A DNA stretch of 64,000 bases from Chiloscyllium plagiosum (GCF_004010195.1 NC_057746.1:20125885-20189884); one strand, 5' to 3'. Shown: positions 52,401-64,000, counted from the first letter of the stretch. Program-made: numbers and translations. The notes: generated by a model from the sequence alone, not told the origin.

Positions 52401-54628
52401 TCTCCCTGATAGACCTGGTCACTGGGACCCCCTACAGCAGTCACTGTATCTCCCTGATAGACCTGGTCACTGGGACCCCCTACAGTAGTCAGTGTATCTC
52501 CCGGATAGACCTGGTCAGTGGGCCCCCCTACAGCAGTCACTGTATCTCCCTGATAGACCTGGTCACTGGGACCCCCTACAGCAGTCAGTGTATCTCCCTG
52601 ATAGACCTGGTCACTGGGACCCCCTACAGCAGTCAGTGTATCTCCCTGATAGACCTGGTCACTGGGACCCCCTACAGCAGTCAGTGTATCTCCCTGATAG
52701 ACCTGGTCACTGGGACCCCCTACAGCAGTCAGTGTATCTCCCTGATAGACCTGGTCACTGGGACCCCCTACAGCAGTCAGTGTATCTCCCTGATAGACCT
52801 GGTCACTGGGACCCCCTACAGCAGTCAGTGTATCTCCCTGATAGACCTGGTCACTGGGACCCCCTACAGCAGTCAGTGTATCTCCCTGATAGACCTGGTC
52901 ACTGGGACCCCCTACAGCAGTCAGTGTATCTCCCTGATAGACCTGGTCACTGGGACCCCCTACAGCAGTCAGTGTATCTCCCTGATAGACCTGGTCACTG
53001 GGACCCCCTACAGCAGTCAGTGTATCTCCCTGATAGACCTGGTCACTGGGACCCCCTACAGCAGTCACTGTATCTCCCTGATAGACCTGGTCACTGGGCC
53101 CCCTACAGCAGTCAGTGTATCTCCATGATGGACCTGGTCACTGGGACCCCCAACAGCAGACAGTGTATCTCCCTGATGGTCACTGGGCCCCCTACAGCTG
53201 TCACTGTATCTCCCTGATGGTCACTGGGCCCTCTACAGCAGTCAGTGTATCTCCCTGATAGACCTGGTCACTGGGACCCCCTACAGTAGTCAGTGTATCT
53301 CCCGGATAGACCTGGTCAGTGGGCCCCCCTACAGCAGTCACTGTATCTCCTGGATAGACCTGGTCACTGGGCCCCCAACAGCAGTCACTGTATCTCCTGG
53401 ATAGACCTGGTCACTGGGACCCCCTACAGCAGTCACTGTATCTCCCTGATAGACCTGGTCACTGGGACCCCCTACAGCACTCACTGTATCTCCCTGATAG
53501 ACCTGGTCACTGGGACCCCTACAGTAGTCACTGTATCTCCCTGATAGACCTGGTCACTGGGACCCCCTACAGCAGTCACTGTATCTCCCTGATAGGCCTG
53601 GTCACTGGGATCCCCTACAGCAGTCACTGTATCTCCCTGATAGACCTGGTCACTGGGAGTGCCTACAGCAGTCACTGTATCTCCCTGATAGACCTGGTCA
53701 CTGGACCCCCTACAGCAGTCACTGTATCTCCCTGATAGACCTGGTCACTGGGACCCCCTACAGCAGTCACTGTATCTCCCTGATAGACCTGGTCACTGAG
53801 ACCCCCTACAGCAGTCACTGTATCTCCCTGATAGACCTGGTCACTGGGACCCTCTACAGCAGTCACTGTATCTCCCTGATAGACCTGGTCACTGGGACCC
53901 CCTACAGCAGTCACTGTATCTCCCTGATAGACCTGGTCACTGGGCCCCCTACAGCAGTCACTGTATCTCCCTGATAGACCTGGTCACTGGGCCCCCCCAC
54001 AGCAGTCCCTGTATCTCCCTGACAGACCTGGTCACTGGGACCCCTACAGCAGTCANNNNNNNNNNNNNNCAGCAGTCACTGTATCTCCCTGATGGTCAGT
54101 GGGCCCCCCTACAGCAGTCAGTGTATCTCCCTGATAGACCTGGTCACTGGGTCCCCTACAGCAGTCACTGTATCTCCCTGATAGCCCTGGTCACTGGGCC
54201 CCCTACAGCAGTCACTGTATCTCCCTGATAGACCTGGTCACTGGGACCCTCTGCAGCAGTCACTGTATCTCCCTGATGGTCAGTGGGCCCCCCTACAGCA
54301 GTCAGTGTATCTCTCGGATAGACCTGGTCACTGGGTCCCCTACAGCAGTCAGTGTATCTCCATGATGGACCTGGTCACTGGGTCCCCCAACAGCAGACAG
54401 TGTATCTCCCTGATGGTCACTGGGCCCCCTACAGCAGTCACTGTATCTCCCTGATAGACCTGGTCACTGGGACCCCCTACAGCAGATAGTGTATCTCCCT
54501 GATAGCCCTGGTCACTGGGACCCCCTACAGCAGTCACTGTATCTCCCTGATAGACCTGGTCACTGGGACCCCCTGCAGCAGTCACTGTATCTCCCTGATA
54601 GACCTGGTCACTGAGACCCCCTACAGCA
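49405..54628. repeat. 48-bp minisatellite, about 108 copies (CAGCAGTCACTGTATCTCCCTGATAGACCTGGTCACTGGGACCCCCTA)
   Basis: About 63 apparently identical units at ~49460-52485, then a block of the CAGTCAGTG variant, then degenerate units. Confidence 0.97.
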
Positions 54629-54649
54629 GTCTACATTCATATTGGTCCC

Positions 54650-55055
54650 TGGCGGCTCCTCCCGTCCTCCTGGCGGCGCTGTCGGCGGCGGTTCCTCCCG
54701 TCTTCTGGCGGCGCTGTCGGCGGCGGCGGCTCCTCCCGTCCTCCTGGCGGCGCTGTCGGCGGCGGTTCCTCCCGTCCTCCTGGCGGCGCTGTCGGCGGCG
54801 GTTCCTCCCGTCCTCCTGGCGGCGCTGTCGGCGGCGGTTCCTCCCGTCCTCCTGGCGGCGCTGTCGGCGGCGGTTCCTCCCGTCCTCCTGGCGGCGCTGT
54901 CGGCGGCGGTTCCTCCCGTCCTCCTGGCGGCGCTGTCGGCGGCGGCTCCTCCCGTCCTCCTGGCGGCGCTGTCGGCGGTGGATCCTCCCGTCCTCCTGGC
55001 GGCGCTGTCGGCGGCGGCTCCTCCCGTCCTCCTGGCGGCGCTGTCGGCGGCGGCT
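54650..55055. repeat. CpG-rich 36-bp minisatellite (GGCGGCGCTGTCGGCGGCGGTTCCTCCCGTCCTCCT), about 11 copies
   Basis: 12-aa periodic ORFs; abuts the POLR1H 5' exon. Confidence 0.95.
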
Positions 55056-55119
55056 GCCTTGATTCGCTGGCGCCGATGTTTCCTGTTTCCGTGGCCGGAG
55101 CCTGAGCGCTGGGCCGCAG
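55056..55119 (+). promoter_or_regulatory. POLR1H: Probable non-coding first exon/TSS region of POLR1H within a CpG island (start approximate)
   Basis: CpG-rich, ETS-like TTTCCTGTTTCCG, perfect donor CAG|GTGAGT at 55119/55120. The ATG exon downstream begins with an acceptor at 57691/57692, which requires an upstream exon. Confidence 0.7.
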
Positions 55120-56305
55120 GTGAGTGTGACCTACCTCCCCATTCGGTTTCAGGGGGCAGGCGCTCCCTCGGGCTCCGTTTTTGGGGAGGTGTTTTGCTTT
55201 GACTTGGGCCCAGGATTTGGGGGGGGAAGGGGAAGGGGAATGATGCAGAAGGCGACAGAAAAATCAACAAAATCACTACTGCATTCGTGTAGCGCCTGCC
55301 ACCACTGAGAACCCTTCTGGAAGCAAGTGTGCAGAGAGTCTGGGTGGGGCGGGCACGGCAAGATCCCAACAAACTTTAAACTACCTGCACCTCTGAGGGG
55401 ACATTGGGAGGTTAATGTTGGTCAAGGGACATGTGACCCAAAGCTGTTTAATTTTTGTAAAGGAAAGGGGGGGGTGGGGGGAAGGTAGACAAAAGGTGGG
55501 GAATTATAGACCAGTTAAGCTCAACCTGGGGAAAAAAGTGCTGGAGCCAGCTGTCAAGGGAGGCACGTCCAACAGGTAATCGAGAAGGCGAATGGAATTA
55601 TGTCCTTCATTGCAAAAAAGGGATTGAGTTTAAAAGCAGGGAGGTTATGTTGTAGCTCTACAGGGTCCTGACCCGGACACACCTGGAGTACTACGTGCAG
55701 TTTTGGCCTCTTACTTGAGAAAGGATGGACTGGCACCAGACGGGGTGCAGATGAGGTTGATTCCAGAGTTGGGTGGGAAGCCGGGGGTGGGGGGAGCGGT
55801 TGGCTTATGAGGAGTGATTGAGTAGACCGGGATTGTGTTCATTGGAATTTAGAAGAATGAGGTGGGAGTCTTATAGAAACGTGTAAAATCGCGAATGGAA
55901 TAGATAAGACAGAAGTATGGAGGGAGTTTCTGCACAGCCTCGAAATTAGGGAGGGCAGATTAGGACTGAATTGGGAAGGAGCGCCTTCACCCAGAGGGTT
56001 GTGAATCTGTGGAATTCCCTGCCCAGCGAAGTAGTTGGGGCTTCCTCATTGAATGCTTTTAAAAGCTAAGATGGATAATTTTTTTGAACAGTAAAGGAAT
56101 TAAGGGTGACGCTGAGAGGGTGGGTAAGTGGAGCTGAGGCCACAAAAAGATCAGCCATGATGTGATTGAATGGTGGAGCAGGCTCACAGGGCCAGACGGC
56201 CTACTCCTGCTACTAGTTCTCATATTCGTATGCATCCCCATTCTGTGTTCTTCATGAAAATCTCTTCTGTATCTACCCAAACAGATGTTTAACACCTCAT
56301 CTGAA

Positions 56306-57180
56306 TACTGACCCTCTGACAATGCAGCACTTCCTCAGTACTGACCCTCTGACAGTGCAGCACTTCCTCAGTACTGACCGTCTGACAGTGCAGCACTCCC
56401 TCAGTACTGACCCTCTGACAGTGCAGCACTCCCTCAGTACTGACCCTCTGACAGTGCAGCACTTCCTCAGTACTGACCCTCTGACAGTGCAGCACTCCCT
56501 CAGTACTGACCCTCTGACAGTGCAGCACTTCCTCAGTACTGACCCTCTGACAGTGCAGCACTCCCTCAGTACTGACCCTCTGACAGTGCAGCACTTCCTC
56601 AGTACTGACCCTCTGACAGTGCAGCACTCCCTCAGTACTGACCCTCTGACAGTGCAGCACTTCCTCAGTACTGACCCTCTGACAGTGCAGCACTCCCTCA
56701 GTACTGACCCTCTGACAGTGCAGCACTTCCTCAGTACTGACCCTCTGACAGTGCAGCACTCCCTCAGTACTGACCCTCTGACAGTGCAGCACTTCCTCAG
56801 TACTGACCCTCTGACAGTGCAGCACTCCCTCAGTACTGACCCTCTGACAGTGCAGCACTTCCTCAGTACTGACCCTCTGACAGTGCAGCACTCCCTCAGT
56901 ACTGACCCTCTGACAGTGCAGCACTTCCTCAGTACTGACCCTCTGACAGTGCAGCACTCCCTCAGTACTGACCCTCTGACAGTGCAGCACTTCCTCAGTA
57001 CTGACCCTCTGACAGTGCAGCACTCCCTCAGTACTGACCCTCTGACAGTGCAGCACTTCCTCAGTTGACCCTCTGACAGTGCTGCACTCCCTCAGTACTG
57101 ACCCTCTGACAGTGCAGCACTCCCTCAGAACTGACCCTCTGACAATGCGGCACTCCCTCAGCAATGACTCTCTGACAGCG
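56306..57180. repeat. 33-bp minisatellite (CAGTACTGACCCTCTGACAGTGCAGCACT[T/C]CCT), about 26 copies, with 66-bp higher-order alternation
   Basis: QHFL/QHSL alternation in ORF 56322-57068. Confidence 0.95.
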
Positions 57181-57700
57181 AGCCACCCCTGAAGGGCCAC
57201 ACTGGGATTTGTGTTAATCTGCGCATGGTCAATTTCTGTGCTCAAATTTTTTTACACATTGCCGAGCTGCGTCTGGAGGTAGGAGCATCCTGTTTTCACC
57301 TTCAGTGGGTGATCTAACTGCTGAAAAGAATAAAAGGTGGTTTCCCATTTGAGCCCAAGGTGCAGCAGTCGCCCATCGAATCTGCTGTGTTATTCAGTGC
57401 GATCATGGCTAACCTTTTATCGTCAATTTCACTTCCCTCGAGATTCCCTTCATTCTTTTACTGATTAAAAGTCAATCTTCCACAGCCTTGAATATACGTA
57501 GTAGCTCAGCTTCGACAGCCCTCTCGATAGGTTCACTATCATCTGACGGAAGACATTTCTCAGTCGCCCCAAACTCCAAGGTTACTCCACTCTGGTTGTA
57601 GACTTTCCCACAAACGCGAACGACCCCTCTGGATCTGCCCCACCATGCCCTCGGAGCATGTTTCGATGTTCCTTTCTTCTGATCTCCGCAGACCCCCGCG

Positions 57701-57824
57701 ATGGCCGATTCTTGTTTCCAGTGTGACCCGGATTTCTGCCCCGAGTGCGGAACGATCCTGGTGCTCCCCGGGCCTGAGGACTATGTCGTGTGTCGCAAGT
57801 GTGACTTTAAAATCAGCGTCCGCA
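57701..57824 (+). CDS. POLR1H: RNA polymerase I subunit RPA12, first coding exon (N-terminal zinc ribbon FCPECGTIL...CRKC)
   Basis: MADSCFQCDPDFCPECGTILVLPG...VCRKCDF. Acceptor CCGCAG 9 nt before the ATG. Donor A|GTGAGT, phase 1. Confidence 0.93.
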
Positions 57825-57985
57825 GTGAGTGTCAGAGCGCGCGAGGGGAAGGGATACAGGAGCTGAAATCGCAAGCAAACCCGAACTCCGCCAGCGTTTG
57901 GTACGCGCCGGGGAGGGGGGTGGTGGGGCTGGTTGGCACGACAGGTAGAACCATCATTGAAATCCTCCGACGGGTCCAGGAAATA

Positions 57986-58316
57986 CAGATACACAATCCT
58001 TTACCCGATCCTTGCGGCCGGTTGTTTCTCACATTTAGGAATCTTTCGGATTCCAGAATAAATGATGTTTTCACAGTGATGTATAGAAAGTCTTACCAAA
58101 CAGCAGACCCACATCTGACCAGTACGAGGGCTGAGACACCATTGACACCTGCCAGTGCTGGGCAACACTGCCATCTTCACATCTGAGTGACGGGGGTCGA
58201 GTTGGGGTGGAGTTGGGTCACTCGTTTGCACAAACAACCATCTTATACAGAAAAGAAAATGTCATGATAACGACTTCAGAATTTGGAGCTTTTTTGGATT
58301 TCGGATTGTGTACCTG
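57986..58316. mobile_element. Tc1/mariner (Tigger-like) MITE in POLR1H intron
   Basis: 14-bp TIRs CAGATACACAATCC / GGATTGTGTACCTG (1 mismatch), TA immediately to the left, subterminal TTTCGGATT motifs. Confidence 0.65.
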
Positions 58317-59204
58317 CATTACCCATGAGGCTGATCACTTACCATAGAAAAGATCACACACACAGGCACCCCACTCCTACACACATACCTCACCCCCCCA
58401 CCCACCCATACATACACACACACACACCCATTCCCCCAGACCTTCCATCCCCACACACACACCCCTCACCCCCTCACACATACNNNNNNNNNNNNNNNNN
58501 NNNNNNNNNNNNNNNNNNNNNNNNNNNNNNNNNNNNNNNNNNNNNNNNNNNNNNNNNNNNNNNNNNNNNNNNNNNNNNNNNNNNNNNNNNNNNNNNNNNN
58601 NNNNNNNNNNCTCACACACCTCACCCCTCACACAGACACACACCCACTTCCCACCCCCTCTCTCACACACATACACACACATGTCACCCCTACGCACACA
58701 ACCCCCACACACACCCTCCCCCACCACACCGGTCAGGGGAAAGTACCTGGCTGCAAGGAAGTCGACATGTTTTAAAACAACGTCTGTTGGGTGTGACCAT
58801 CTCTGGTTAGGCTGATATCTACTGCCCAGGGGGTAGTCAAGAGTAGTCCAGATGTTGGCCAGACCAGGTAACAATGGCAGATTTCCTTCCCTGAAGGACA
58901 TTTGTTAATCTGTGAGACAGTCGACAGCGGTTGGTTACACAATTTCCAGGTTGAATTTTACCCTCTGTCAGGGTGAAAGCAAGTCCCCTGAATATGAGCC
59001 CAGGGTTCTGGATTATTAGCCTGGTGATAACAACACCAACGAACCTGGAGGCAGAGGGTCACTCTCAAGATAATCCATGAATAAAACTACATTGTGCTTT
59101 GACCTGTACTGTCGTACTAAAGGCTCCCACAGCAAGTACTGAATGGGCTAGATCAAAATAAGACTGTCTCCTCTTTTAAACTGAAACTGAAGTTCTCTCT
59201 ACTC

Positions 59205-59640
59205 TGTTAAACAGAAAGTAAAGCTCCTTCAATCCCTATCCCCAGCAAGCACTCCCAGGACAGGGACAGCCCAGGGTAGGATAAAGAAAGTAAAACTTCC
59301 TTGACACTGTCTCCATCAAACACGCCCAGGACGTGTATAGGATACTTCACCAGATGAAGGAGCAGCGCTCCGAAAGCTTGTGATTTCAAATAAAGCTGTT
59401 GGTCTACAGCCTGGTGTCATGTGACATCTGACTATGTCTGGCATGCGGTTAGGTACAGAGTAAAGTTGTCTCTACACTAAACTGAAAGTAAAACTAACTC
59501 TACGTTGTCTCCGTCAAACGCTGTCAGGGAAAGTACAGCATGGTATTAGATCCATAGGGAAGCTTCTATATTCTAAATGGAGAGTAAAGCTCCCATTCTT
59601 TTAAACTTTAAAGCTCACTCGACACTGTCACCAGTTTCCC
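59205..59640. repeat. Degenerate interspersed/tandem repeat (ACAGAGTAAAGCTCC...CACTGTC.CCATCAAACAC.CCCAGGAC); related copies ~60845-60985 and, inverted, ~30130-30375 and 30735-30790
   Basis: Recurrent motif seen at several places in the window. Confidence 0.65.
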
Positions 59641-60292
59641 CATTCTCCCCCCCCCTTTTGCCAGTCCCAACCTTCCAACTCAGCACCACCCTCTTGAACG
59701 GTCCTACCTGTCTATCTTCCTTCCCACCTTCACATTCCCAGCTACCTTACCCCAGCCCCACTCCCCTCATATTTATCTCTCAGCCTTCTTGACCCACCAG
59801 CCTCATTCCTTGATGAAGGGCTTGTGCCTGAAACATTGACTCTCCTGCTCCTCGGATGCTGCCTGACTGGCTGCGCTTTTCCAGCACCTCACTGTTCCAA
59901 CTCTGAGCGTGAGTTTCCTTTTGTATTTGAGATACTTACACACTTGATGGAACTGCAGACGCCAACTTCTGTGAACAACCAAAATGTATTAAGAAGAACA
60001 AGTTTTGGAGGATCACTTCGCAGTGCTCGGGAAGTGTGTCAAGAGATGCTCTCTGAACAAAAGGACCAGTCCTTCCTTTATACAGTACAACAGTTTCACG
60101 TTACAGTCAGTAACGCCCACAAGACGACCCCCCCCAGCCATTCCCCCCCCAGTCACATGCCACTCGAGACACATCATTTCCAGAAACAATGTCATGTAAC
60201 TCACCCCTTAATGGCCAGATCTGTTGTGAATCATTTTTTTTTAAACTGCAGGATGTAGTCAGAATTTTAATTGTAATGTTCTTATTGATTGG

Positions 60293-60616
60293 GGGCGACA
60301 CGGTGGCTCAGTGGTTAGCACTGCTGCCTCACAACGCCAGGGACCCGGGTTCGATCCCAGCCTCAGGCAACTGACTGTGGAGTTTGCACATTCTCCCCGT
60401 GTCTGTGTGGGTTTCCTCTGGGTGCTCCGGTTTCCTCCCACAGTCCAAAGATGTGCAGGTCAGGTGAACTGGCCATGCTAAGTTCCCCGTGGAGTTAGTT
60501 GCATTAGTCAGGGGTAAATATAGGGGAGTGGGTCTGGGTGGGTTGGCTCTTCGGAGGGTCGGTGTGGACTTGTTGGGCCAAAGGGCCTGTTTCCACACTT
60601 GAGGAATCTAATCTAA
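60293..60616 (+). mobile_element. HE1-type tRNA-derived SINE, full length (other copies ~2440-2605 -, 9205-9510 -, 10620-10910 -, 11745-12085 -, 20060-20385 -, 30385-30725 -, 41975-42285 +, 42675-43020 -, 44885-45000 -, 45001-45316 +, 45428-45585 +)
   Basis: A box GGTGGCTCAGTGGTTAGC and B box GGGTTCGATCCC. Central GTGGAGTTTGCACATTCTCCCCGTGTCTG..GGGTTTCCTC..GGTGCTCCGGTTTCCTCCCACAGTCCAAAGATGTGC. LINE-like tail ending AATCTAATCT. Confidence 0.88.
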
Positions 60617-61110
60617 TTTCTGAATAGGGATGATAATGTAATTCTTTTACACTGAGTAACTAGGAAATGGCCATGCAAGTGGATCTGAATGTCATGAGAT
60701 GGGAATGTAAATTCCTTACATTCTACCTGTAAGACAGAGACATTCCACCCTACCCTCGAGACATCCCATTTCCTGGGGGTCAGCAGAGCAAATTAACCCT
60801 TTAATACCACACGATCTCCAGAATCTGCAGTCCTCCCTTTGTTCTCAACACTGTCCCCATCAAACACACCCAGAACATGTACAGCATGGCGTTAGGCACA
60901 GAGCAAAGCTTTCTCTACTGTGTTAAACAGAAAGTAAAGCTGCCTTGAAAGTGTCCCCCCATATCCAGTACTCCCAGGGCCGGATTCAAACTGAGGGCCT
61001 AGTTTGAAGGTCGGGTTTACTTTGTGGGCTGGGGCTTTGACTGGCTGCACTTAGCCCACGGCCTGTGGCTCGCGTCTGGTTTTCTGTCGCTGACAACTTT
61101 CTTCTTCCAG

Positions 61111-61217
61111 AGTTTGAAGGAATGGAGATCCACTCAGAAATGGTGTTTAACAATCCAGACGTCATGCGGTCAAACCTGGCCGCTGAGAACGAGGATGGGG
61201 ATCTCAAGGGGCCTGTG
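61111..61217 (+). CDS. POLR1H: POLR1H/ZNRD1 coding exon 2 (FEGMEIHSEMVFN...LKGPV)
   Basis: CTTCCAG acceptor (phase 1), FEG..VFN..GPV as in RPA12, donor GTG|GTGAGT. Confidence 0.92.
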
Positions 61218-62659
61218 GTGAGTGGCCGTGAGGGAGGGATACTGCGGAGGCCAGGAGCGGTAGCTAATCTGCAACGCTCAGGAGGAACATTCTTGCGAAA
61301 GGGATCCAGATGTACACAGCAGTGGGGGGGGGGCGGTTGATGAAGTGGGAAGTGCATCAGGAACAGGGGGACAGCTTTAAACGAAGCGAGAGGTTTTGAA
61401 TACAATGTCTGATTGGGTGTTGTTCAAGAGACACAACAAGTCAGGTGTTAGGACATGGGGCGTGGGAGGGTTATTCGGATGGAAGAGTGTGTTAGGAGGG
61501 GAGGGAAACAGAGACAGCCGATATTGTGAGTGGTGCAAGTTGGAGCATGAAATTGCAGAGGTAGCGAAAAATTAAGAGATGAGGAAACCATGGTGTATGG
61601 GTATCAACATGGGTAAATTCATTCTGGACTTTAATAAGAGAGAGGACCCACTCAAAATGGTGAAAATGCGAAAAGACTAGAGGTTCAAAGGTACGGGGTG
61701 TGGGTCTCCGCATTCGCATAACTAAGCGTCAGGGAATAATTAAAAAGGCTAATGGATTCGAAGTCTATAAAATTATGAGATGCGTAGGTACGGTTGACGG
61801 TCAAAATGTTTTTCCAAGAATTGAAATGTCTAATATTGGAGGGGTGTGCATTTAAGGTGGGGGGGGGAGTTCAAAGGAGATGTGAGGGGCCTTTTTGTTT
61901 TACACAAAGGGTGGTAGGAGTCTGGAACGTGCTGCAGGGGGTGGGGTGGTGTGGGCAGAGACGATAGGAGCGTTTAGGTGCCCTTTAGATAAGCATGTGT
62001 ATACGCAAGGAGTGGAGGGATATAGAGCAAGGCCAGGCAGGAGGGATTAGTTGAATTTGGCGTCATGTTCAGCACATGGGGCCAGTTCCTGCACTGTACT
62101 GCTCTGTGTTCTCAGTCCTTCTGTCAAGAGGTGTAAAATATTGAAGGGATGGAATGGGAGTAACTGAGAGCAGTTCTGGGCACAACTCCTTCAGAAGGAG
62201 GTATCAAACTCAGGGAGAAGAAAAAGATACCTAGATCCAAGGAGAGATGACCCAAACTCGGACTGTACGTCAATTACCGTTATGGGGTTGATCTGATTTA
62301 AAACTTCAGGATATTATGAGATCAAAATGTGTCATTACACTCCCCCTGACCAATGGAAATATTTCCTAACGTTAGGGGCTGGGGTAAGCTGAGGCGTTTC
62401 CGTATCGCCCAAAAGATGAGGGAAGTTTGGAAACACAGTTCCGCAAAGAGCAATCAGTTTGTCGTGACTGTAGTTGGGGGTTGTTCCAGGATATGGGAAA
62501 CAAAAGCAGCAACGGACAGTCAGGCCACAGATTCACCATGATCTCACTGAGCAGGTGGAACATGGTCACATTAACCCTCACATCATCCACCAAGTCCAAA
62601 CTGTGTGCCCGCTGTAAAACCGTGGGAGGTGGTACTCTGAATACAGAGGCTGGGTCTCA

Positions 62660-63580
62660 GTAGGAGGGAACTGGATAAAGGCGAGGTCTTGTACTTTGGT
62701 AAAACAAACAAGGGCAGGACTTGTACACTTAATGGTGGAGTCATGCCTGGTGAAGGAATGCCTGAAACATCGATTCTCCTGCTACTTGGATGCTGCCTGA
62801 TTTGCTGTACTTTTCCAGCGCTACACTTTTCGACTCCTGGTTAGTGTTGTTGAACAGAGAGACTTAGGGGTTCAGGTACATAATTCTTTCACATTTGCCT
62901 CACAGCTAGACAAGGTGATTAAGAAGGCGTTCAGCATACTTGCCTTTATTGCTCAGACCTGTGAGTATAGGAGTTGGGATGTCATGTTGAGGTTGTACAG
63001 GACATGAGTGAGGCTGCTTTTGGAATACTGTGTCCACTTCTGGTCACCCTGCTGTAAGAAAAATATTAACTCGGAGAGGGTTCAGAAACGATTTACCAGA
63101 GCGATGCCAGTGCTGGAGGGTTTGAGTTATAAGGAGAGGTTGGAGTGTTACAGATTGAGGGCTGACCTTATAGAAGTTTATAAAATCATGAGGGGCATGG
63201 ATAAGGTGAACAGACAAGGTCTCTCCCCAGGGTGGGGGAGTTCAAAACTAGGAGGTACATTTTTTAAGAAGAAAAATTTAAAACAAACATATGGGGCAAT
63301 TTTTTCACATGGAGGATGGTTAGTATGTGGAATGAACTGCTGGAGGAAGTGGGATGGGGGTACAGTTCCAATATTTAAAAAGCATTTGGACAGGTATATG
63401 AATAGGAAAGGCTTATGGGCCAAACAGGCAAGTGAGACTAGTTTAGTTTGGGAAATCTGGTACCCATGTGACCCATGTCCCTCGAAGACACGCAAATGGG
63501 ACTGGTGTAGCGTGGGAAACATGGTTAGCATGGCCGTATTGGACTGAAGGGTCTGTGTCCGTGCTGTGTGACTCTGTGAC
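62660..63580 (+). mobile_element. CR1/HER1-type LINE 3' fragment (similar fragments at ~330-760, 2605-2910, 6830-7200, 11040-11720, 12430-12980, 18480-19420, 20720-21330, 32040-33450, 37715-38345, 40860-41130, 47570-48440, 55550-56230, 61760-62110)
   Basis: LEYCVHFWSP..ERVQKRFTR..GLSYKERL..RADLIEVYKIMRG motifs and the shared 3' tail ...GAAGGGTCTGT..CCGTGCTGT. Confidence 0.85.
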
Positions 63581-63801
63581 CTTGAATGGGAGAAGGCTGA
63601 CGTAGGCGGTGTTGCATAGGCGGGGATATGAGCACGTGGGTAGGCAGGCGGCCATTTGAGAGGGTGGGGCACGGTGCAGGTGGGTGCCGTCCGTGGTTGG
63701 GAGGGGAGGGGTGGTCTGGAGGAAGGGAACCCGAGGTGGGTGTGGGTACATTTGCCACCCGCTGACCTGCGCCTGTTGCACCCCTCCCCCCACCCACCCA
63801 G

Positions 63802-63911
63802 GTGGACCGGAAGTGCTCGCGGTGCGGACACGAAGGGATGGTGTACCACACAAGGCAGACCCGCTCGGCAGACGAAGGGCAGACTGTGTTCTACACGTGC
63901 ACGAGCTGCAG
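63802..63911 (+). CDS. POLR1H: POLR1H/ZNRD1 coding exon 3, TFIIS-like C-ribbon ([36 protein letters not shown]); final exon outside window
   Basis: Diagnostic QxRSADEG motif with two CxxC pairs. CCCAG acceptor, AG|GTGGGT donor. Confidence 0.96.
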
Positions 63912-64000
63912 GTGGGTGCAGGACCAGACACGGGGTGGGGAGAGGGAGGGGGTGGCTGGATCGGCTGGGGAAGGTTTAGTCACGGTAGGGTGGGTATTGG

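Noticed and set aside
49391-53128. 1245-aa (+) and 1217-aa (-) ORFs
   Set aside because: Both are translations of a stop-free 48-bp tandem unit. They have non-ATG starts, no splice context and no domain content.
49405-54628. CRISPR-like array
   Set aside because: Units are head-to-tail with no unique spacers, there are no cas genes, and the context is a vertebrate genome.
54608-55372. 254-aa minus-strand ORF as an antisense gene from the POLR1H promoter
   Set aside because: Mostly the 36-bp repeat, with a TTG start. An antisense ncRNA cannot be excluded but is not supported by sequence alone.
60293-60365. tRNA genes suggested by A/B boxes (also ~45005, 42950-43020, 20320-20385)
   Set aside because: These are tRNA-derived heads of HE1-type SINEs continuing into SINE body and tail; no complete cloverleaf.

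Overview
Repeat-rich vertebrate genomic DNA, most likely from a shark or other cartilaginous fish, judged from abundant HE1-type tRNA-derived SINEs, CR1/HER1-type LINE fragments and Penelope-derived ends. It contains three spliced genes whose human orthologues all lie in the MHC class I framework region. (1) The large first coding exon of phostensin/PPP1R18 (- strand, 14461-16383). (2) The DEAH-box splicing helicase DHX16 (+ strand, 13 visible coding exons, 17864-48729); its helicase-core exons are missing at a 500-N gap. (3) POLR1H/ZNRD1 (RPA12; + strand, 5' exon ~55060 and three coding exons, last exon beyond the window). DHX16 intron 2 holds a near full-length, decayed 6.3-kb Gypsy LTR retrotransposon with a GCTT target-site duplication and the unusual Gmr1-type order gag-PR-IN-RT-RH. 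Several Penelope-derived ends carry minimal hammerhead-ribozyme motifs, one apparently intact at ~10153-10187. At least eight minisatellite arrays are present, including a 5.2-kb 48-bp array and a CpG-rich 36-bp array directly upstream of the POLR1H 5' exon. All long ORFs other than PPP1R18 are repeat or gap artefacts. No database searches were run: family assignments come from recognised motifs and recalled consensus sequences.
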